A stretch of 64,000 nt of DNA from an uncultured Bacteroidales bacterium (GTDB lineage: Bacteria > Bacteroidota > Bacteroidia > Bacteroidales > P3), in the NCBI GenBank assembly GCA_900317125.1, contig ONFR01000020.1:345-64344 (forward strand), in the 5' to 3' direction. Under the pieces are notes generated by a model. That model had not been told where the DNA came from, did not search any database, and saw only the letters and a program-made list of their open reading frames with translations. Below are positions 9,171 to 19,349 of the stretch, piece by piece (position 1 is the first letter of the stretch; each line of letters opens with the position of its first letter). Both the position numbers and the translations under genes were made by a program.

Positions 9171-10292
9171 ATGAAAAGAGCATTGATTACTGGCATCACA
9201 GGACAGGACGGAAGCTATCTGTCCGAATTCTTGCTGGAAAAGGGATACGAGGTGCATGGGGTTATCCGACGGTCGTCGGTGGACTTTCGCGAACGTATAG
9301 CCCATCTGGAGGGACATCCCTGTTTCCATCTCCACTATGGCGACTTGGGTGACACCCTTAGTATGGTGCAGACGGTAGGCAAGGTGAAGCCCAACGAAAT
9401 CTACAATCTTGCCGCCCAAAGCCATGTACAGGTTAGTTTCGACGCACCGGAATACACTGCCAATGTAGACGCGACAGGTGTACTGAGGATTCTGGAGGCC
9501 GTACGACAATGTGGACTTGAACAGAGCTGCCGTATCTACCAGGCCAGCACCTCCGAGCTATATGGACGTGTGGAACAGGTGCCGCAAAACGAAGAGACAC
9601 CCTTCCACCCTTACAGTCCCTATGCCGTGGCGAAACTCTACGGATATTGGATAGTGAAGGAATACCGCGAAGCTTACGGCATGTTCTGCTGCAATGGCAT
9701 CCTGTTCAACCACGAGAGCGAACGGCGTGGAGAGACCTTCGTCACCCGTAAGATTACCCTCGCTGCCGCCCGCATCTGTCAAGGGAAACAGGAAAAACTA
9801 TATCTCGGGAACCTATCATCGCTGCGCGACTGGGGATATGCAAAAGACTATGTAGAATGCATGTGGATGATACTGCAACACCCCCAGCCCGACGACTTTG
9901 TCATCGCGACAGGCGAGCAGCACACCGTGCGTGAATTCTGCACACGCGCTTTCAGCCACGTAGGCATACAACTCGAGTGGCAGGGAGAGGGTGCAGCGGA
10001 AAAAGGCGTCTGCAGAGCTGTGACAGGCTCCCTTGGTGCAAGCGACAGTCTGGTGGGGAAAGTGCTAGTCGAAGTAAGTCCCGACTTCTATCGACCCACC
10101 GACGTAGTGAACCTGTTAGGCGACCCCTCGAAAGCCCGACGTCTTTTGGGATGGAATCCTCAAAAGACCTCCTTCGACAAATTGGTGAAAATCATGGTGG
10201 ACAGCGATATGGCCAAGGTGGCTTCCGATGCTGCAGCAGCTCACGTGAGATGCAATCTGGCCGAATATTTGGAGAAAGGCATCGTCAAATGA
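9171..10292 (+). CDS. gmd: GDP-mannose 4,6-dehydratase
   Basis: '[35 protein letters not shown]', 'QASTSELYG' and 'YAVAKLY'. The ATG at 9171 is preferred to the TTG at 9162. Confidence 0.9.
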   Translation: MKRALITGITGQDGSYLSEFLLEKGYEVHGVIRRSSVDFRERIAHLEGHPCFHLHYGDLGDTLSMVQTVGKVKPNEIYNLAAQSHVQVSFDAPEYTANVDATGVLRILEAVRQCGLEQSCRIYQASTSELYGRVEQVPQNEETPFHPYSPYAVAKLYGYWIVKEYREAYGMFCCNGILFNHESERRGETFVTRKITLAAARICQGKQEKLYLGNLSSLRDWGYAKDYVECMWMILQHPQPDDFVIATGEQHTVREFCTRAFSHVGIQLEWQGEGAAEKGVCRAVTGSLGASDSLVGKVLVEVSPDFYRPTDVVNLLGDPSKARRLLGWNPQKTSFDKLVKIMVDSDMAKVASDAAAAHVRCNLAEYLEKGIVK

Positions 10293-11230
10293 ACAGCGAC
10301 TCGAAGATATACGTAGCAGGCCACCGTGGCATGGTGGGTTCAGCCATTGTGCGTGAGTTGAAAAGGAAAGGATACAACAACCTTGTTCTACGTACCCATG
10401 CCGAACTCGACTTATGCCGTCAGGACGAAGTGGAACAATTCTTTGCAACCGAACGTCCCGAATACGTCTTCCTAGCCGCAGCCAAAGTGGGAGGCATCAT
10501 CGCCAACCAGACGGCACCGGCCGACTTTATGTACCAGAACATGATGCTTGAGATGAACGTAATTCATGCAGCATGGCAGAATGGTTGTAAGCGACTGGAG
10601 TTCCTCGGTTCAAGCTGCATATACCCCCGCCTGGCGCCACAACCCATGCGCGAAGACTGTCTCCTCACCTCACCGTTGGAACCCACCAACGAGGCCTATG
10701 CCCTTGCAAAGATATCCGGACTCAAATACTGCGAATACCTAAACCGCCAATACGGCACTGCCTTCCTCAGCGTAATGCCCACCAACCTATACGGCCCCAA
10801 CGACAACTACCACCCGGAACACAGCCACGTGTTGCCAGCTCTTATCCGACGGTTCCACGAAGCCAAAGTGTCCGGCCTGCACGAAGTGGTGTGCTGGGGC
10901 GACGGCAGCCCCCTCCGTGAATTTCTCTATGTCGACGACCTTGCCGAACTGGCCCTCCACCTGATGGAACACTACCACGGCAACGAAACCGTCAACGCCG
11001 GCACCGGAAAGGAGATTACCATTAAACACCTCACCGAGACCGTGGCGCGGATAGTGGGATACGAAGGGGCAGTGACGTGGGACACCTCACGCCCCAACGG
11101 GACGCCGCGCAAGCTACTCGATGTCAGCAAAGCCACTTCTCTTGGGTGGACTGCTAAAACACCGCTCGAAGAGGGAATCCGCCTCACCTACCAAGACTTC
11201 CTCAACAACCCCATGCGCGCGGAGCGGTAA
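10289..11230 (+). CDS. fcl: GDP-L-fucose synthase
   Basis: '[19 protein letters not shown]', 'GSSCIYP' and 'YALAKI'. ATGA overlap with the gmd stop. The longer ORF from 9977 overlaps gmd out of frame. Confidence 0.9.
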   Translation: MNSDSKIYVAGHRGMVGSAIVRELKRKGYNNLVLRTHAELDLCRQDEVEQFFATERPEYVFLAAAKVGGIIANQTAPADFMYQNMMLEMNVIHAAWQNGCKRLEFLGSSCIYPRLAPQPMREDCLLTSPLEPTNEAYALAKISGLKYCEYLNRQYGTAFLSVMPTNLYGPNDNYHPEHSHVLPALIRRFHEAKVSGLHEVVCWGDGSPLREFLYVDDLAELALHLMEHYHGNETVNAGTGKEITIKHLTETVARIVGYEGAVTWDTSRPNGTPRKLLDVSKATSLGWTAKTPLEEGIRLTYQDFLNNPMRAER

Positions 11231-11305
11231 CAAACAGCCCTGTCCCCACGATTCATCAAGATACAACACACAAAAACCTCAGAACATAAAACCTAACACA
11301 ACACG

Positions 11306-12547
11306 ATGTCAACGGCAATAGAATTCAATAATATCTCCAAGCAGTACCGTCTTGGTCTTGTATCCACACGTACACTCAACCACGACCTCAAACGTTGGTG
11401 GACCGTCAATGTGCTCCGCAAAGAAGACCCCTATCTGAAGATAGGCGAAGTGAACGACCGTGCCACCAAAGGTGAGAGCGAGTATGTCTGGGCTCTCCGT
11501 GACATCAACTTCAAGGTGGAACAAGGCGACGTTGTTGGGATTATCGGGCGGAATGGTGCAGGCAAAAGCACCCTGCTCAAGATACTCTCCAAAGTCACCG
11601 GTCCCACCACAGGCACCATCCGTGCCCGAGGCCGTATCGGCTCCCTGCTCGAAGTGGGTACGGGATTTCACCAGGAGATGACCGGACGGGAAAACATCTT
11701 CCTCAACGGCGCCATCCTTGGTATGACCAAATCCGAGATTGCACGCAAACTAGACGAGATTGTCGACTTCAGCGGCTGTGAACGATATATCGACACCCCC
11801 GTCAAACGATACAGCTCGGGCATGTCCGTCCGCCTTGGTTTTGCCGTGGCTGCCTTCCTCGACCCTGAAATATTGGTCGTCGACGAAGTCCTTGCCGTCG
11901 GTGATGCCGAATTCCAGAAAAAAGCCATCGGCAAGATGCAGGACGTCAGCCGCAGCGAGGGTCGCACCGTCCTGTTCGTTAGCCACAACATGGTGAGCAT
12001 CCAGCAGCTATGCCATACCGGCTTGCTGCTCAAGAACGGCATGATCGAGACCTCCGGCCCCATATCCGATGTTGTGAACATCTACCTCAGCAACATCAAG
12101 ACTGTCAACGACTACAACCGTCACGGCAACGGAGCGGTAAAAACCACCGACTTTAAAACTAGTGCCACCCGTGTAGATGTTGGTCACGACATCGAGGTCG
12201 ATTTCGATATCGAAGCCTATCAACATGTCGACATCCTCGAAGCCGAAATCGAGATAAAAGACTCCAATGGCCAGAACCTTGCCAACATCTCAAACACCGA
12301 TGCCGGCACCCTCATCAAACCCATGGAAAAGGGCGAGAAACGCCACTTCCACTGCCTAATCAAGAACATCAACTTTGCCCCCGGCAACTACACCGCCAAC
12401 ATCTGGCTGGGAAGTCCCTATGCAACCTACGACAAAGTGGAGGACTGCATACGCTTCAACGTCATCCAAACCGAAGAATTCATCCTGCGTCCCATTCCCT
12501 ACTACTCCTCCTACCGCGTGATACTACAATCCGAATGGGACATCTGA
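11306..12547 (+). CDS. wzt: Polysaccharide ABC exporter ATP-binding protein (Wzt/TagH-like) with an extra C-terminal domain
   Basis: Walker A 'GRNGAGKST', signature 'YSSGMSVRL' and Walker B 'ILVVDE'. About 160 extra C-terminal residues have beta-rich character, like the Wzt glycan-cap-binding domain. Confidence 0.8.
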   Translation: MSTAIEFNNISKQYRLGLVSTRTLNHDLKRWWTVNVLRKEDPYLKIGEVNDRATKGESEYVWALRDINFKVEQGDVVGIIGRNGAGKSTLLKILSKVTGPTTGTIRARGRIGSLLEVGTGFHQEMTGRENIFLNGAILGMTKSEIARKLDEIVDFSGCERYIDTPVKRYSSGMSVRLGFAVAAFLDPEILVVDEVLAVGDAEFQKKAIGKMQDVSRSEGRTVLFVSHNMVSIQQLCHTGLLLKNGMIETSGPISDVVNIYLSNIKTVNDYNRHGNGAVKTTDFKTSATRVDVGHDIEVDFDIEAYQHVDILEAEIEIKDSNGQNLANISNTDAGTLIKPMEKGEKRHFHCLIKNINFAPGNYTANIWLGSPYATYDKVEDCIRFNVIQTEEFILRPIPYYSSYRVILQSEWDI

Positions 12548-12569
12548 CCATCGAGTTCCTACCGCATAC

Positions 12570-13601
12570 ATGATTGACAAAAACACCCGCCAAGTGAACA
12601 TCCTATTTACATCTGCCGGACGCCGGACATACATCATCCATTATTTCCAGCAAGCCCTGAAAGGGAGGGGCAAAGTGTTTGCCTCCAACAGCATCTACAC
12701 CTACACCCTCGGGCAGGCCGACGGCCATACTCTCACCCCCGAGATCTACAACCCCGACTACATCCCCTTCCTCCTGCAATACTGCAAAGCAAACAGCATC
12801 ACCGCCATCATCCCGCTGTTCGACATCGACCTGCCCATACTCGCCAAACACCGCACCCTTTTCGAACAAGAAGGCATCACACTCATCGTATCGGACTATC
12901 CCGTTGCCCAGACATGTAACGACAAGTGGGCCACATACCAATTACTCAAGCAGGCGGGACTGAACCAGCCGCCTACATTCCTCAGCCTGGCCGATGCCAC
13001 AAAAGCCATCGACACGGGCTCCGTCGCATTCCCACTCATCGTCAAACCCCGCTGGGGCATGGGCTCCATCGGCATCTACACCACCCGAAACCGCGAAGAG
13101 CTCAACGTCCTCTATGCCAAATTACGCAACGACATCTGGGATACCGCCCTCCGCTTCGAATCCGCCGCCGACAAAGAGGCCAGCATCATCATCCAACAAC
13201 AGATCAAAGGCCAGGAATACGGCATCGAAATACTCAACGACCTCCAAGGCCACTATGCAGCCACCTTCGCCAAAAAGAAAATAGCCATGCGCTCGGGCGA
13301 GACCGATGTGGCCGAGACCGTGGACCCCACCCCCTTCCTGCCCATTGCTCAGACACTGTCGTCGCATCTCAGGCACCGTGCCATGCTCGACGTCGACTGC
13401 TTTGTCTCCCCCTCGGGCGACATTACGGTACTCGAAATGAATTGTCGCTTCGGCGGTCAATACCCGTTTACCCACAACGCAGGTGTCAACGTCCCCCTGC
13501 AGCTGGTCCGCTGGCTCCAAGGCCTGCCCACCGACCCCGCGCTACTCACCCAACGTTGCGGCGTCCGCAGCTGCAAGGACATCAACCCTGTCATCTTCTA
13601 A
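12570..13601 (+). CDS. ATP-grasp domain ligase
   Basis: 'ILFTSAGRR', 'FPLIVKPRWGMGSIGI', 'IIQQQIKGQEYGIE' and 'VLEMNCRFGG' give the ATP-grasp pattern. Confidence 0.7.
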   Translation: MIDKNTRQVNILFTSAGRRTYIIHYFQQALKGRGKVFASNSIYTYTLGQADGHTLTPEIYNPDYIPFLLQYCKANSITAIIPLFDIDLPILAKHRTLFEQEGITLIVSDYPVAQTCNDKWATYQLLKQAGLNQPPTFLSLADATKAIDTGSVAFPLIVKPRWGMGSIGIYTTRNREELNVLYAKLRNDIWDTALRFESAADKEASIIIQQQIKGQEYGIEILNDLQGHYAATFAKKKIAMRSGETDVAETVDPTPFLPIAQTLSSHLRHRAMLDVDCFVSPSGDITVLEMNCRFGGQYPFTHNAGVNVPLQLVRWLQGLPTDPALLTQRCGVRSCKDINPVIF

Positions 13602-13607
13602 CCCCTC

Positions 13608-14531
13608 ATGCCCACACCTGCCTCCACCCAGCCACTCGTCAGCATCTGCTGCCTGGCTTATAACCAGAAAGACTATATCCGCCAGGCAATCGAAGGTATG
13701 CTCATGCAGCAGACCGCCTTCCCCACCGAAATCATCATCCACGACGATGCCTCCACCGATGGTACCGACCAGATAATACGCCACTACGTAAAACAATATC
13801 CCGAGCGAATCACTGCCTTCTACGAAGAAACCAACCAATACTCCGCAGGCTACAAAGGCCGCATGGCCGTCACATTCCTCTATCCCCATGCCAAAGGGGA
13901 ATTCATCGCCTACTGCGAAGGCGACGACTACTGGACCGACCCGCTCAAACTCCAGAAACAAGTCGACTTCATGCAGGCCCACCCCGACTACTCGGTCTGC
14001 TTCCATCGCTGCACACACCTCAACATGGTCAACGGCACCTCCTCCCCCGACCTCTGTGGGAACCTAATACCAAAAGGAGAACAAGGTGTCGACATCACCC
14101 TCGACATGTTTTTTGCCGACTGGATCACGCAACCGCTCACCATGCTCATGCGCAAAAGCATGTTCAGCTACTCCTGGCAAAACCGATACAAATACTATCG
14201 CGACTCGCACGAGATCTACCACCTCCTCCTTGCAGGACGCGGACGGCTCATGGCCTTCGACGGCGGCGTCTACCGCATCCATCCCTCCGGCATCGCCTCC
14301 CTCAACACACCGCAGCAATATTGCGAGAACTACCTCCCCCTCGACCGCGAATTCTTCCACGTCACCCACAGCTCCCACGCCCGCCGCATCTACTGCCAGA
14401 CACTTCAGTCCTGTTCCGAATACTACACCCCCGTCAACAAAGCCAAAGCGCTCCGCTTTGCGCTCACCCAATTCCTCCTCAACTGGAAATACAAAACCCT
14501 ATTCAAAAACATCACCCGAATATACCGATGA
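13608..14531 (+). CDS. Glycosyltransferase family 2
   Basis: 'VSICCLAYNQKDYIRQAIEGMLMQQT...IIIHDDASTDGT' and 'CEGDDYW'. Confidence 0.8.
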   Translation: MPTPASTQPLVSICCLAYNQKDYIRQAIEGMLMQQTAFPTEIIIHDDASTDGTDQIIRHYVKQYPERITAFYEETNQYSAGYKGRMAVTFLYPHAKGEFIAYCEGDDYWTDPLKLQKQVDFMQAHPDYSVCFHRCTHLNMVNGTSSPDLCGNLIPKGEQGVDITLDMFFADWITQPLTMLMRKSMFSYSWQNRYKYYRDSHEIYHLLLAGRGRLMAFDGGVYRIHPSGIASLNTPQQYCENYLPLDREFFHVTHSSHARRIYCQTLQSCSEYYTPVNKAKALRFALTQFLLNWKYKTLFKNITRIYR

Positions 14532-16072
14532 CCACCTTCCAGCAAGTCATACTCACCCCCCTCCTCGACAGCATCACCGCCCATGCCGACGGTGAAGCCC
14601 TGCTCATCAACAGCGAGTCATACACCTACCGCCAACTCGGCCAACGCATCAGCGCCATACGCCACGCACTCCAACAGCAACAAATCCACCACCAAATCGT
14701 CGCCCTGCTTCTCGACGACCATATCGACACCTACGCCTCCATCATCGCCCTTTGGTTCGAAGGGAATGCTTATCTCCCCCTTAACCCACGGTGGCCCGAA
14801 CAGCGCAACCTCGACATCATCCACCAAACATCGGCCAAGCTACTGCTCTACACCGACCCGAACGCACCCATCCTGCAACAGTTCTCAACCATCGGAACCT
14901 CCGCCATACCCACCACCACACTACCCACACCGTCCAGTCAACAATCGGCACCTTACCCCACCGACGACAACGACCTGGCTTACATCCTGTTCACCTCCGG
15001 CAGTACAGGCAAACCCAAGGGCGTCTGCATCACACGCGACAACCTCGCCTCCTTCATCCAGTCGTTCTGGCACACCGGCATCAACATCACCTCGTCCGAC
15101 CGATGCCTCCAAGCCTTCGACCTCACCTTCGATGTCAGCATCCAGACCTTCCTCACCGCATTCATTCCAGGAGCCTGTCTCTGCACCATCCCCACCGCAC
15201 AAGTCAAGTACCTTTACGCCGCCATGCTCATCACAGAGCAAGGCATCACCTGCGCAGCCATGGCTCCATCCATGCTCACCTATCTTCGCCCATACTTCAG
15301 CCAACTGGATGCCTCAAGCCTGCGCACCACCATTCTCACTGCCGAAGCATGCCCTGCCTATCTTGCACAAGAATGGTCCAAATGTGCCGTAAACACACAA
15401 ATCTTCGACCTCTATGGACCCACCGAGGCCACAGTCTACAGCACCTGCTTCCACCTGCCCACACCCTACACCGACAACACCCCCAACGGCATACTGCCCA
15501 TCGGCAAACCGCTTCTCAATATCGACGCCATCATCATAGACTCCGACTTAAATCCGCTCCCCGCCAACCACGAAGGCGAACTCTGCCTCGCAGGCCGCCA
15601 AGTCACTCCGGGCTATTGGCAAAATCCCTCTCAAGATGCTACCGCATTCATCACCACACCCGACGGCAAGCGCTACTACCGCACAGGCGACCTATGCACA
15701 CTCCTCCCCGACGGCAACATCCTCTACCACGGACGCATCGACCAACAAGCAAAAATACAGGGATACCGTGTGGAACTCGGCGAGATAGAACACCACGCCG
15801 CCACCTATCTCAAACATCACTCCCGCACCGTTGCAGTCACCTACCAAAGTCCTCAGGGCCTTGACCAGATTGCTCTATTCATCGAGGATGACCCCGATAC
15901 CCACACCTCCAACGACAACGACCTACTCGACCACCTCAAAACCTTGATGCCCCAATACATGATACCCTCGTGCATCATCCATCACTGTCCTTTGCCGCTC
16001 AACAACAATCAGAAAATCGACCGCAACGCTCTGAAGACCATCATCAGCCAACATGCCACAAAGAATGCTTAA
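14528..16072 (+). CDS. Stand-alone amino-acid adenylation enzyme (DltA/NRPS A-domain-like, ANL superfamily)
   Basis: Core motifs 'LAYILFTSGSTGKPKGV', 'LYGPTEATV', 'GELCLAGRQVTPGYW', 'YRTGD', 'GRIDQQAKIQGYRVELGEIE' and 'NQKIDRNAL'. ATGA overlap with the upstream GT2. Confidence 0.8.
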   Translation: MTTFQQVILTPLLDSITAHADGEALLINSESYTYRQLGQRISAIRHALQQQQIHHQIVALLLDDHIDTYASIIALWFEGNAYLPLNPRWPEQRNLDIIHQTSAKLLLYTDPNAPILQQFSTIGTSAIPTTTLPTPSSQQSAPYPTDDNDLAYILFTSGSTGKPKGVCITRDNLASFIQSFWHTGINITSSDRCLQAFDLTFDVSIQTFLTAFIPGACLCTIPTAQVKYLYAAMLITEQGITCAAMAPSMLTYLRPYFSQLDASSLRTTILTAEACPAYLAQEWSKCAVNTQIFDLYGPTEATVYSTCFHLPTPYTDNTPNGILPIGKPLLNIDAIIIDSDLNPLPANHEGELCLAGRQVTPGYWQNPSQDATAFITTPDGKRYYRTGDLCTLLPDGNILYHGRIDQQAKIQGYRVELGEIEHHAATYLKHHSRTVAVTYQSPQGLDQIALFIEDDPDTHTSNDNDLLDHLKTLMPQYMIPSCIIHHCPLPLNNNQKIDRNALKTIISQHATKNA

Positions 16073-16113
16073 AAACATTTCAAAACAATATCACCAATAA
16101 TCATTCATCACAA

Positions 16114-16359
16114 ATGACGCGCACGGAACTCATAGCAACCATCCAACCCCTTGCCAGACAGATCTTCTCCAGCCCCGACCTCGAAATTACCGACCAACTC
16201 GGACCGGCAAACCTCCCCGCCTGGACATCCCTCACCTTCACACAACTGCTCACTGCACTTGAGGATACCCTCAACATTAAATACAAGATGATGGAAATTA
16301 TCAAGATGCAGAATATGGGAGCCATCATCGACATCACGCTCCACCACCTCAACGCATAA
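16114..16359 (+). CDS. Small acyl/peptidyl carrier protein (DltC-like)
   Basis: 81-aa acidic helical protein directly after the adenylase. The candidate phosphopantetheine site lies in 'AWTSLTFTQLL' (Ser within a DSL-like motif). Confidence 0.6.
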   Translation: MTRTELIATIQPLARQIFSSPDLEITDQLGPANLPAWTSLTFTQLLTALEDTLNIKYKMMEIIKMQNMGAIIDITLHHLNA

Positions 16360-16368
16360 TTCCTAGAA

Positions 16369-17436
16369 ATGGAATCCGTCGAGATAAAGACATACTCAGC
16401 AAAAGAACTGCTGCAATGGCTCAACACCGGCCATAGCACCCCCTTTGGCCCTAAAGGGGTCATATCGCCGTCGCGAGCACTGGCCTTTGCCAACAACCCC
16501 TATGTCGACCCCGACGATCCCATTGCCTGCGCTTTGTTCGTGGCAACCTCGTCCGGACAACCCGCACTGGTTGCATACACCGCTGCATTCCCCGACATGG
16601 TGGGCAATCAACGCATGTGGTGGTTTAGCACCCTTTGGTGCCACCCCGAGCACCGGGGGAAAGGGTACCCGCTGGCACTTGTGGGCACACTGGCTGAACA
16701 CTATGGACCCGAAAACTGTCTCGACACCATGGGCGCAGCCGAAACTGTTGAGATATTTCGCTTCCTTGGCCACCAAGTGTCATACCTCCACGAGCACCGT
16801 TTCGGAAGTAAAATACAGCGTGGCGGTCTTCGCGGCCACATCCTCTACCAGCGGGAGCAACTCCGCACATTCTTGCGCAGACATAACGCTCGAGCCCTCC
16901 GTGCGATCAATCATTCGACATATACACTGCAATACATCGACCTGATTGATGACGACACATACAGTCTCATCCAGCGTCAATCGGCCAACGACCTCTTCCC
17001 GCGTACACGCGAAACATTCAATTGGATACTTCAATATCCCCTGAAACACTGCACGCCGCTTCCCCATCGCACCTCTTCACGCGGACTATTCGGCGATAGC
17101 GACCCCCTCTACTGGCTGCGGGGAGTCAAAGTAATGCACGGCGATGAAACCATTGGATTCTATATCATCCGCAACGCCGAGTCGGACCTTTCCGTTAAAT
17201 ACCTCTACTATGCCGAACCCTACCGTGACCAGGTTTTCACCTCCATTGTCGAGCACATACTCCATTTTGGGAACTCCTGTTTCGCCACACGCCATACGGA
17301 ACTGGCAAACTACATAGCTGCAACGAAACTATTCAAAAGCCATAAAATCGCAGACATCTCCCTCTCCTGCCCCAAGGGATTCAGTCTGAACCCATCAGGC
17401 AGCACGCAAGGAGGCGATGGCGACTGTTTTGCCTGA
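16369..17436 (+). CDS. Two-lobed GNAT-like acyl/aminoacyl transferase (hypothetical)
   Basis: 'WWFSTLWCHPEHRGKGYPLALVGTL' resembles the GNAT motif A (R/Q-x-x-G-x-G/A). At 355 aa it is the size of a duplicated GNAT or Fem-like fold. Confidence 0.45.
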   Translation: MESVEIKTYSAKELLQWLNTGHSTPFGPKGVISPSRALAFANNPYVDPDDPIACALFVATSSGQPALVAYTAAFPDMVGNQRMWWFSTLWCHPEHRGKGYPLALVGTLAEHYGPENCLDTMGAAETVEIFRFLGHQVSYLHEHRFGSKIQRGGLRGHILYQREQLRTFLRRHNARALRAINHSTYTLQYIDLIDDDTYSLIQRQSANDLFPRTRETFNWILQYPLKHCTPLPHRTSSRGLFGDSDPLYWLRGVKVMHGDETIGFYIIRNAESDLSVKYLYYAEPYRDQVFTSIVEHILHFGNSCFATRHTELANYIAATKLFKSHKIADISLSCPKGFSLNPSGSTQGGDGDCFA

Positions 17437-17454
17437 CCTGCCATTTCAATCTAC

Positions 17455-18177
17455 ATGCCAATGTCCACTACAAGGTTGCTTAACAAAATAGACCGTCGGC
17501 TCACGCAGCTCACCCTTGCTCCGATCGAAGTATTTGTGTTCCATTGCGTATCGGACACCTTCGACCCCTCGCTCTGTCAGCGGCAGGACTGGACGCCCAC
17601 CAACTATTTCAAACATCAAATACAACAACTCAAAAGTCAGTATACCTTCATTCCCCTCCCCGAGGTATACCATCGGCTGACGCACGACCGATTCCGTCGA
17701 ACCAAGTATGCCGCCCTCACCTGCGACGACGGCAATGCCTCCATCCTCTCCATCCTTCCTTTCCTCTCCTCCGAACAGGTACCCGTAACCCTGTTCATCA
17801 ATCCAAAATATCTCGACGGTATCAGCATCCGTGAAAACTACTGCAGCAATCCACTCTATATTACCCTCGACCAACTGTCTGCTATACAATCGCCCATGGT
17901 GAACATTGCCCTGCACGGCTTCAAGCACGACGATTGCACGCTCATGTCCCGCGCCGATTTCGATGCCTCCGTGTCCAAGTGCGAAGAATTATTAAAACAA
18001 CATCCACGCTATATTAATTATTATGCGTACACATGGGGGAGGTACAACGACACCACACAGTCCGTACTACGCGAACGGAACATCATACCCCTCTTCTGCG
18101 ACGGAGCCTCCAACCGCCGATACAGGGACGGAATCAGCCGCAGGTGTATCGATACCCCCGGCACCGTAAGGCTTTAA
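17455..18177 (+). CDS. Polysaccharide deacetylase (CE4/NodB-like)
   Basis: 'ALTCDDGNASI', 'VPVTLFINP' and 'ALHGFKHDD'. Confidence 0.6.
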   Translation: MPMSTTRLLNKIDRRLTQLTLAPIEVFVFHCVSDTFDPSLCQRQDWTPTNYFKHQIQQLKSQYTFIPLPEVYHRLTHDRFRRTKYAALTCDDGNASILSILPFLSSEQVPVTLFINPKYLDGISIRENYCSNPLYITLDQLSAIQSPMVNIALHGFKHDDCTLMSRADFDASVSKCEELLKQHPRYINYYAYTWGRYNDTTQSVLRERNIIPLFCDGASNRRYRDGISRRCIDTPGTVRL

Positions 18178-18190
18178 CACCCCACTTCTC

Positions 18191-19312
18191 ATGCTACCAC
18201 GACGAAAAGACCTATACAACATCCCCGGATGGCACACCCGCCGACGGCTTGTCGTCATCGAATCCGACGACTGGGGAAGCATCCGAACCCCCTCGACGGA
18301 AGCCTACAACAACCTGCTGAGCCAAGGTATCCGTGTAGACCGCGACCCTTATTGCCGTTACGACAGTCTCGCCACACCGGGCGACCTGTCCAATCTCTTC
18401 GAGGTGCTCCATGCTGTGAAAGACTCCAACGGGAATCCCGCCGTGCTCACCGCCAATTGTGTGACGGCCAATCCCGTCTTTGAAAAGATTGAACAATCGG
18501 GGTTTAACGAATACTTTTTCGAACCCTTCCCCGACACGCTGCAGCGTGACGCTTTGCACAGCGGGTCGTTCGCACTCTGGAAGGAGGGCATGGCAAAGGG
18601 TGTATTCCATCCCCAGCTGCATGGTCGCGAACACCTGAACGTGCAGAAATGGCTCCGGGCTCTCCGGAGCGCAGAATCAGCCACTCTTGCCGCTTTCAAG
18701 GTCGGTTCCTTCGGACTGACACAGATTGCAGCTCCCTCAATCAAAGAATACTATATGGGGGCTTTCAATTCCAGCCTACCAGAAGACACAGCGCGCTACG
18801 CAGCCATCATAAACGAGGGTGCCGACATGTTTCAGCAACTGTTCAACTACCGGTCAGAGTCGTTCATTGCCACCACCTACGAGTGGCACCCCGACCTCGA
18901 GCCCCATCTGTCGGCGGTGGGTGTGAAATACCTCCAAGGCACCGTGTGCCAGAAGATACCTATCGGCAACGACGAAGGGGTGACAATGCACCGGCGCTGT
19001 TTCCAAGGACGCCGCAGCCCCCACGGACTAATATACTTGATGCGCAACTGCTTGTTCGAACCCTCACTCCGGCCAACTATCGACAGCGTAGACCAATGCC
19101 TGCAACATATCCGGACAGCCTTCCGTTGGGGAAAGGCGGCCAATATATGCACCCATCGAGTGAATTTCATCGGCTCTATCGACCATCGGAACACCGACCG
19201 GACCTTGCCTGCTCTCCGCACATTGCTTCAAGAAATAACCAAGCGTTGGCCCGACTGCGAGTTTGTCACCTCCGACCAACTTGGTCGCATTATACAGGGT
19301 AAAAGCCGCTAA
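18191..19312 (+). CDS. Hypothetical protein, deacetylase-like (glycoside hydrolase/deacetylase superfamily, DUF2334-like)
   Basis: 'VVIESDDWGS', 'QLHGREH' and 'THRVNF' are spaced like the metal-binding residues of CE4-related folds. The functional assignment is weak. Confidence 0.4.
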   Translation: MLPRRKDLYNIPGWHTRRRLVVIESDDWGSIRTPSTEAYNNLLSQGIRVDRDPYCRYDSLATPGDLSNLFEVLHAVKDSNGNPAVLTANCVTANPVFEKIEQSGFNEYFFEPFPDTLQRDALHSGSFALWKEGMAKGVFHPQLHGREHLNVQKWLRALRSAESATLAAFKVGSFGLTQIAAPSIKEYYMGAFNSSLPEDTARYAAIINEGADMFQQLFNYRSESFIATTYEWHPDLEPHLSAVGVKYLQGTVCQKIPIGNDEGVTMHRRCFQGRRSPHGLIYLMRNCLFEPSLRPTIDSVDQCLQHIRTAFRWGKAANICTHRVNFIGSIDHRNTDRTLPALRTLLQEITKRWPDCEFVTSDQLGRIIQGKSR

Positions 19313-19349
19313 CACCCATCCTCATTTCAAAACAGATTGACACAAAACC

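Noticed and set aside
9977-10288. N-terminal extension of the fcl ORF (ORF track start at 9977)
   Set aside because: The extension overlaps the gmd coding sequence out of frame. The conserved Fcl N-terminus begins at the ATG at 10289, which overlaps the gmd stop.
14321-14527. N-terminal extensions of the adenylase ORF (from 14321) and likewise of the hydrolase ORF (from 4320)
   Set aside because: The extensions are Pro/Arg-rich, or they run across a promoter and the tRNA flank. The internal ATGs at 14528 and 4449 give proper N-termini (an ATGA overlap and a lipoprotein signal, respectively).
12926-15864. Long off-frame plus-strand ORFs (12926-13663, 14583-15392, 14791-15864) rich in Pro/His/Arg/Thr
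   Set aside because: They overlap the ATP-grasp, GT2 and adenylase genes in other frames. They are low-complexity products of the C-rich coding strand, and the motif-bearing frames win.
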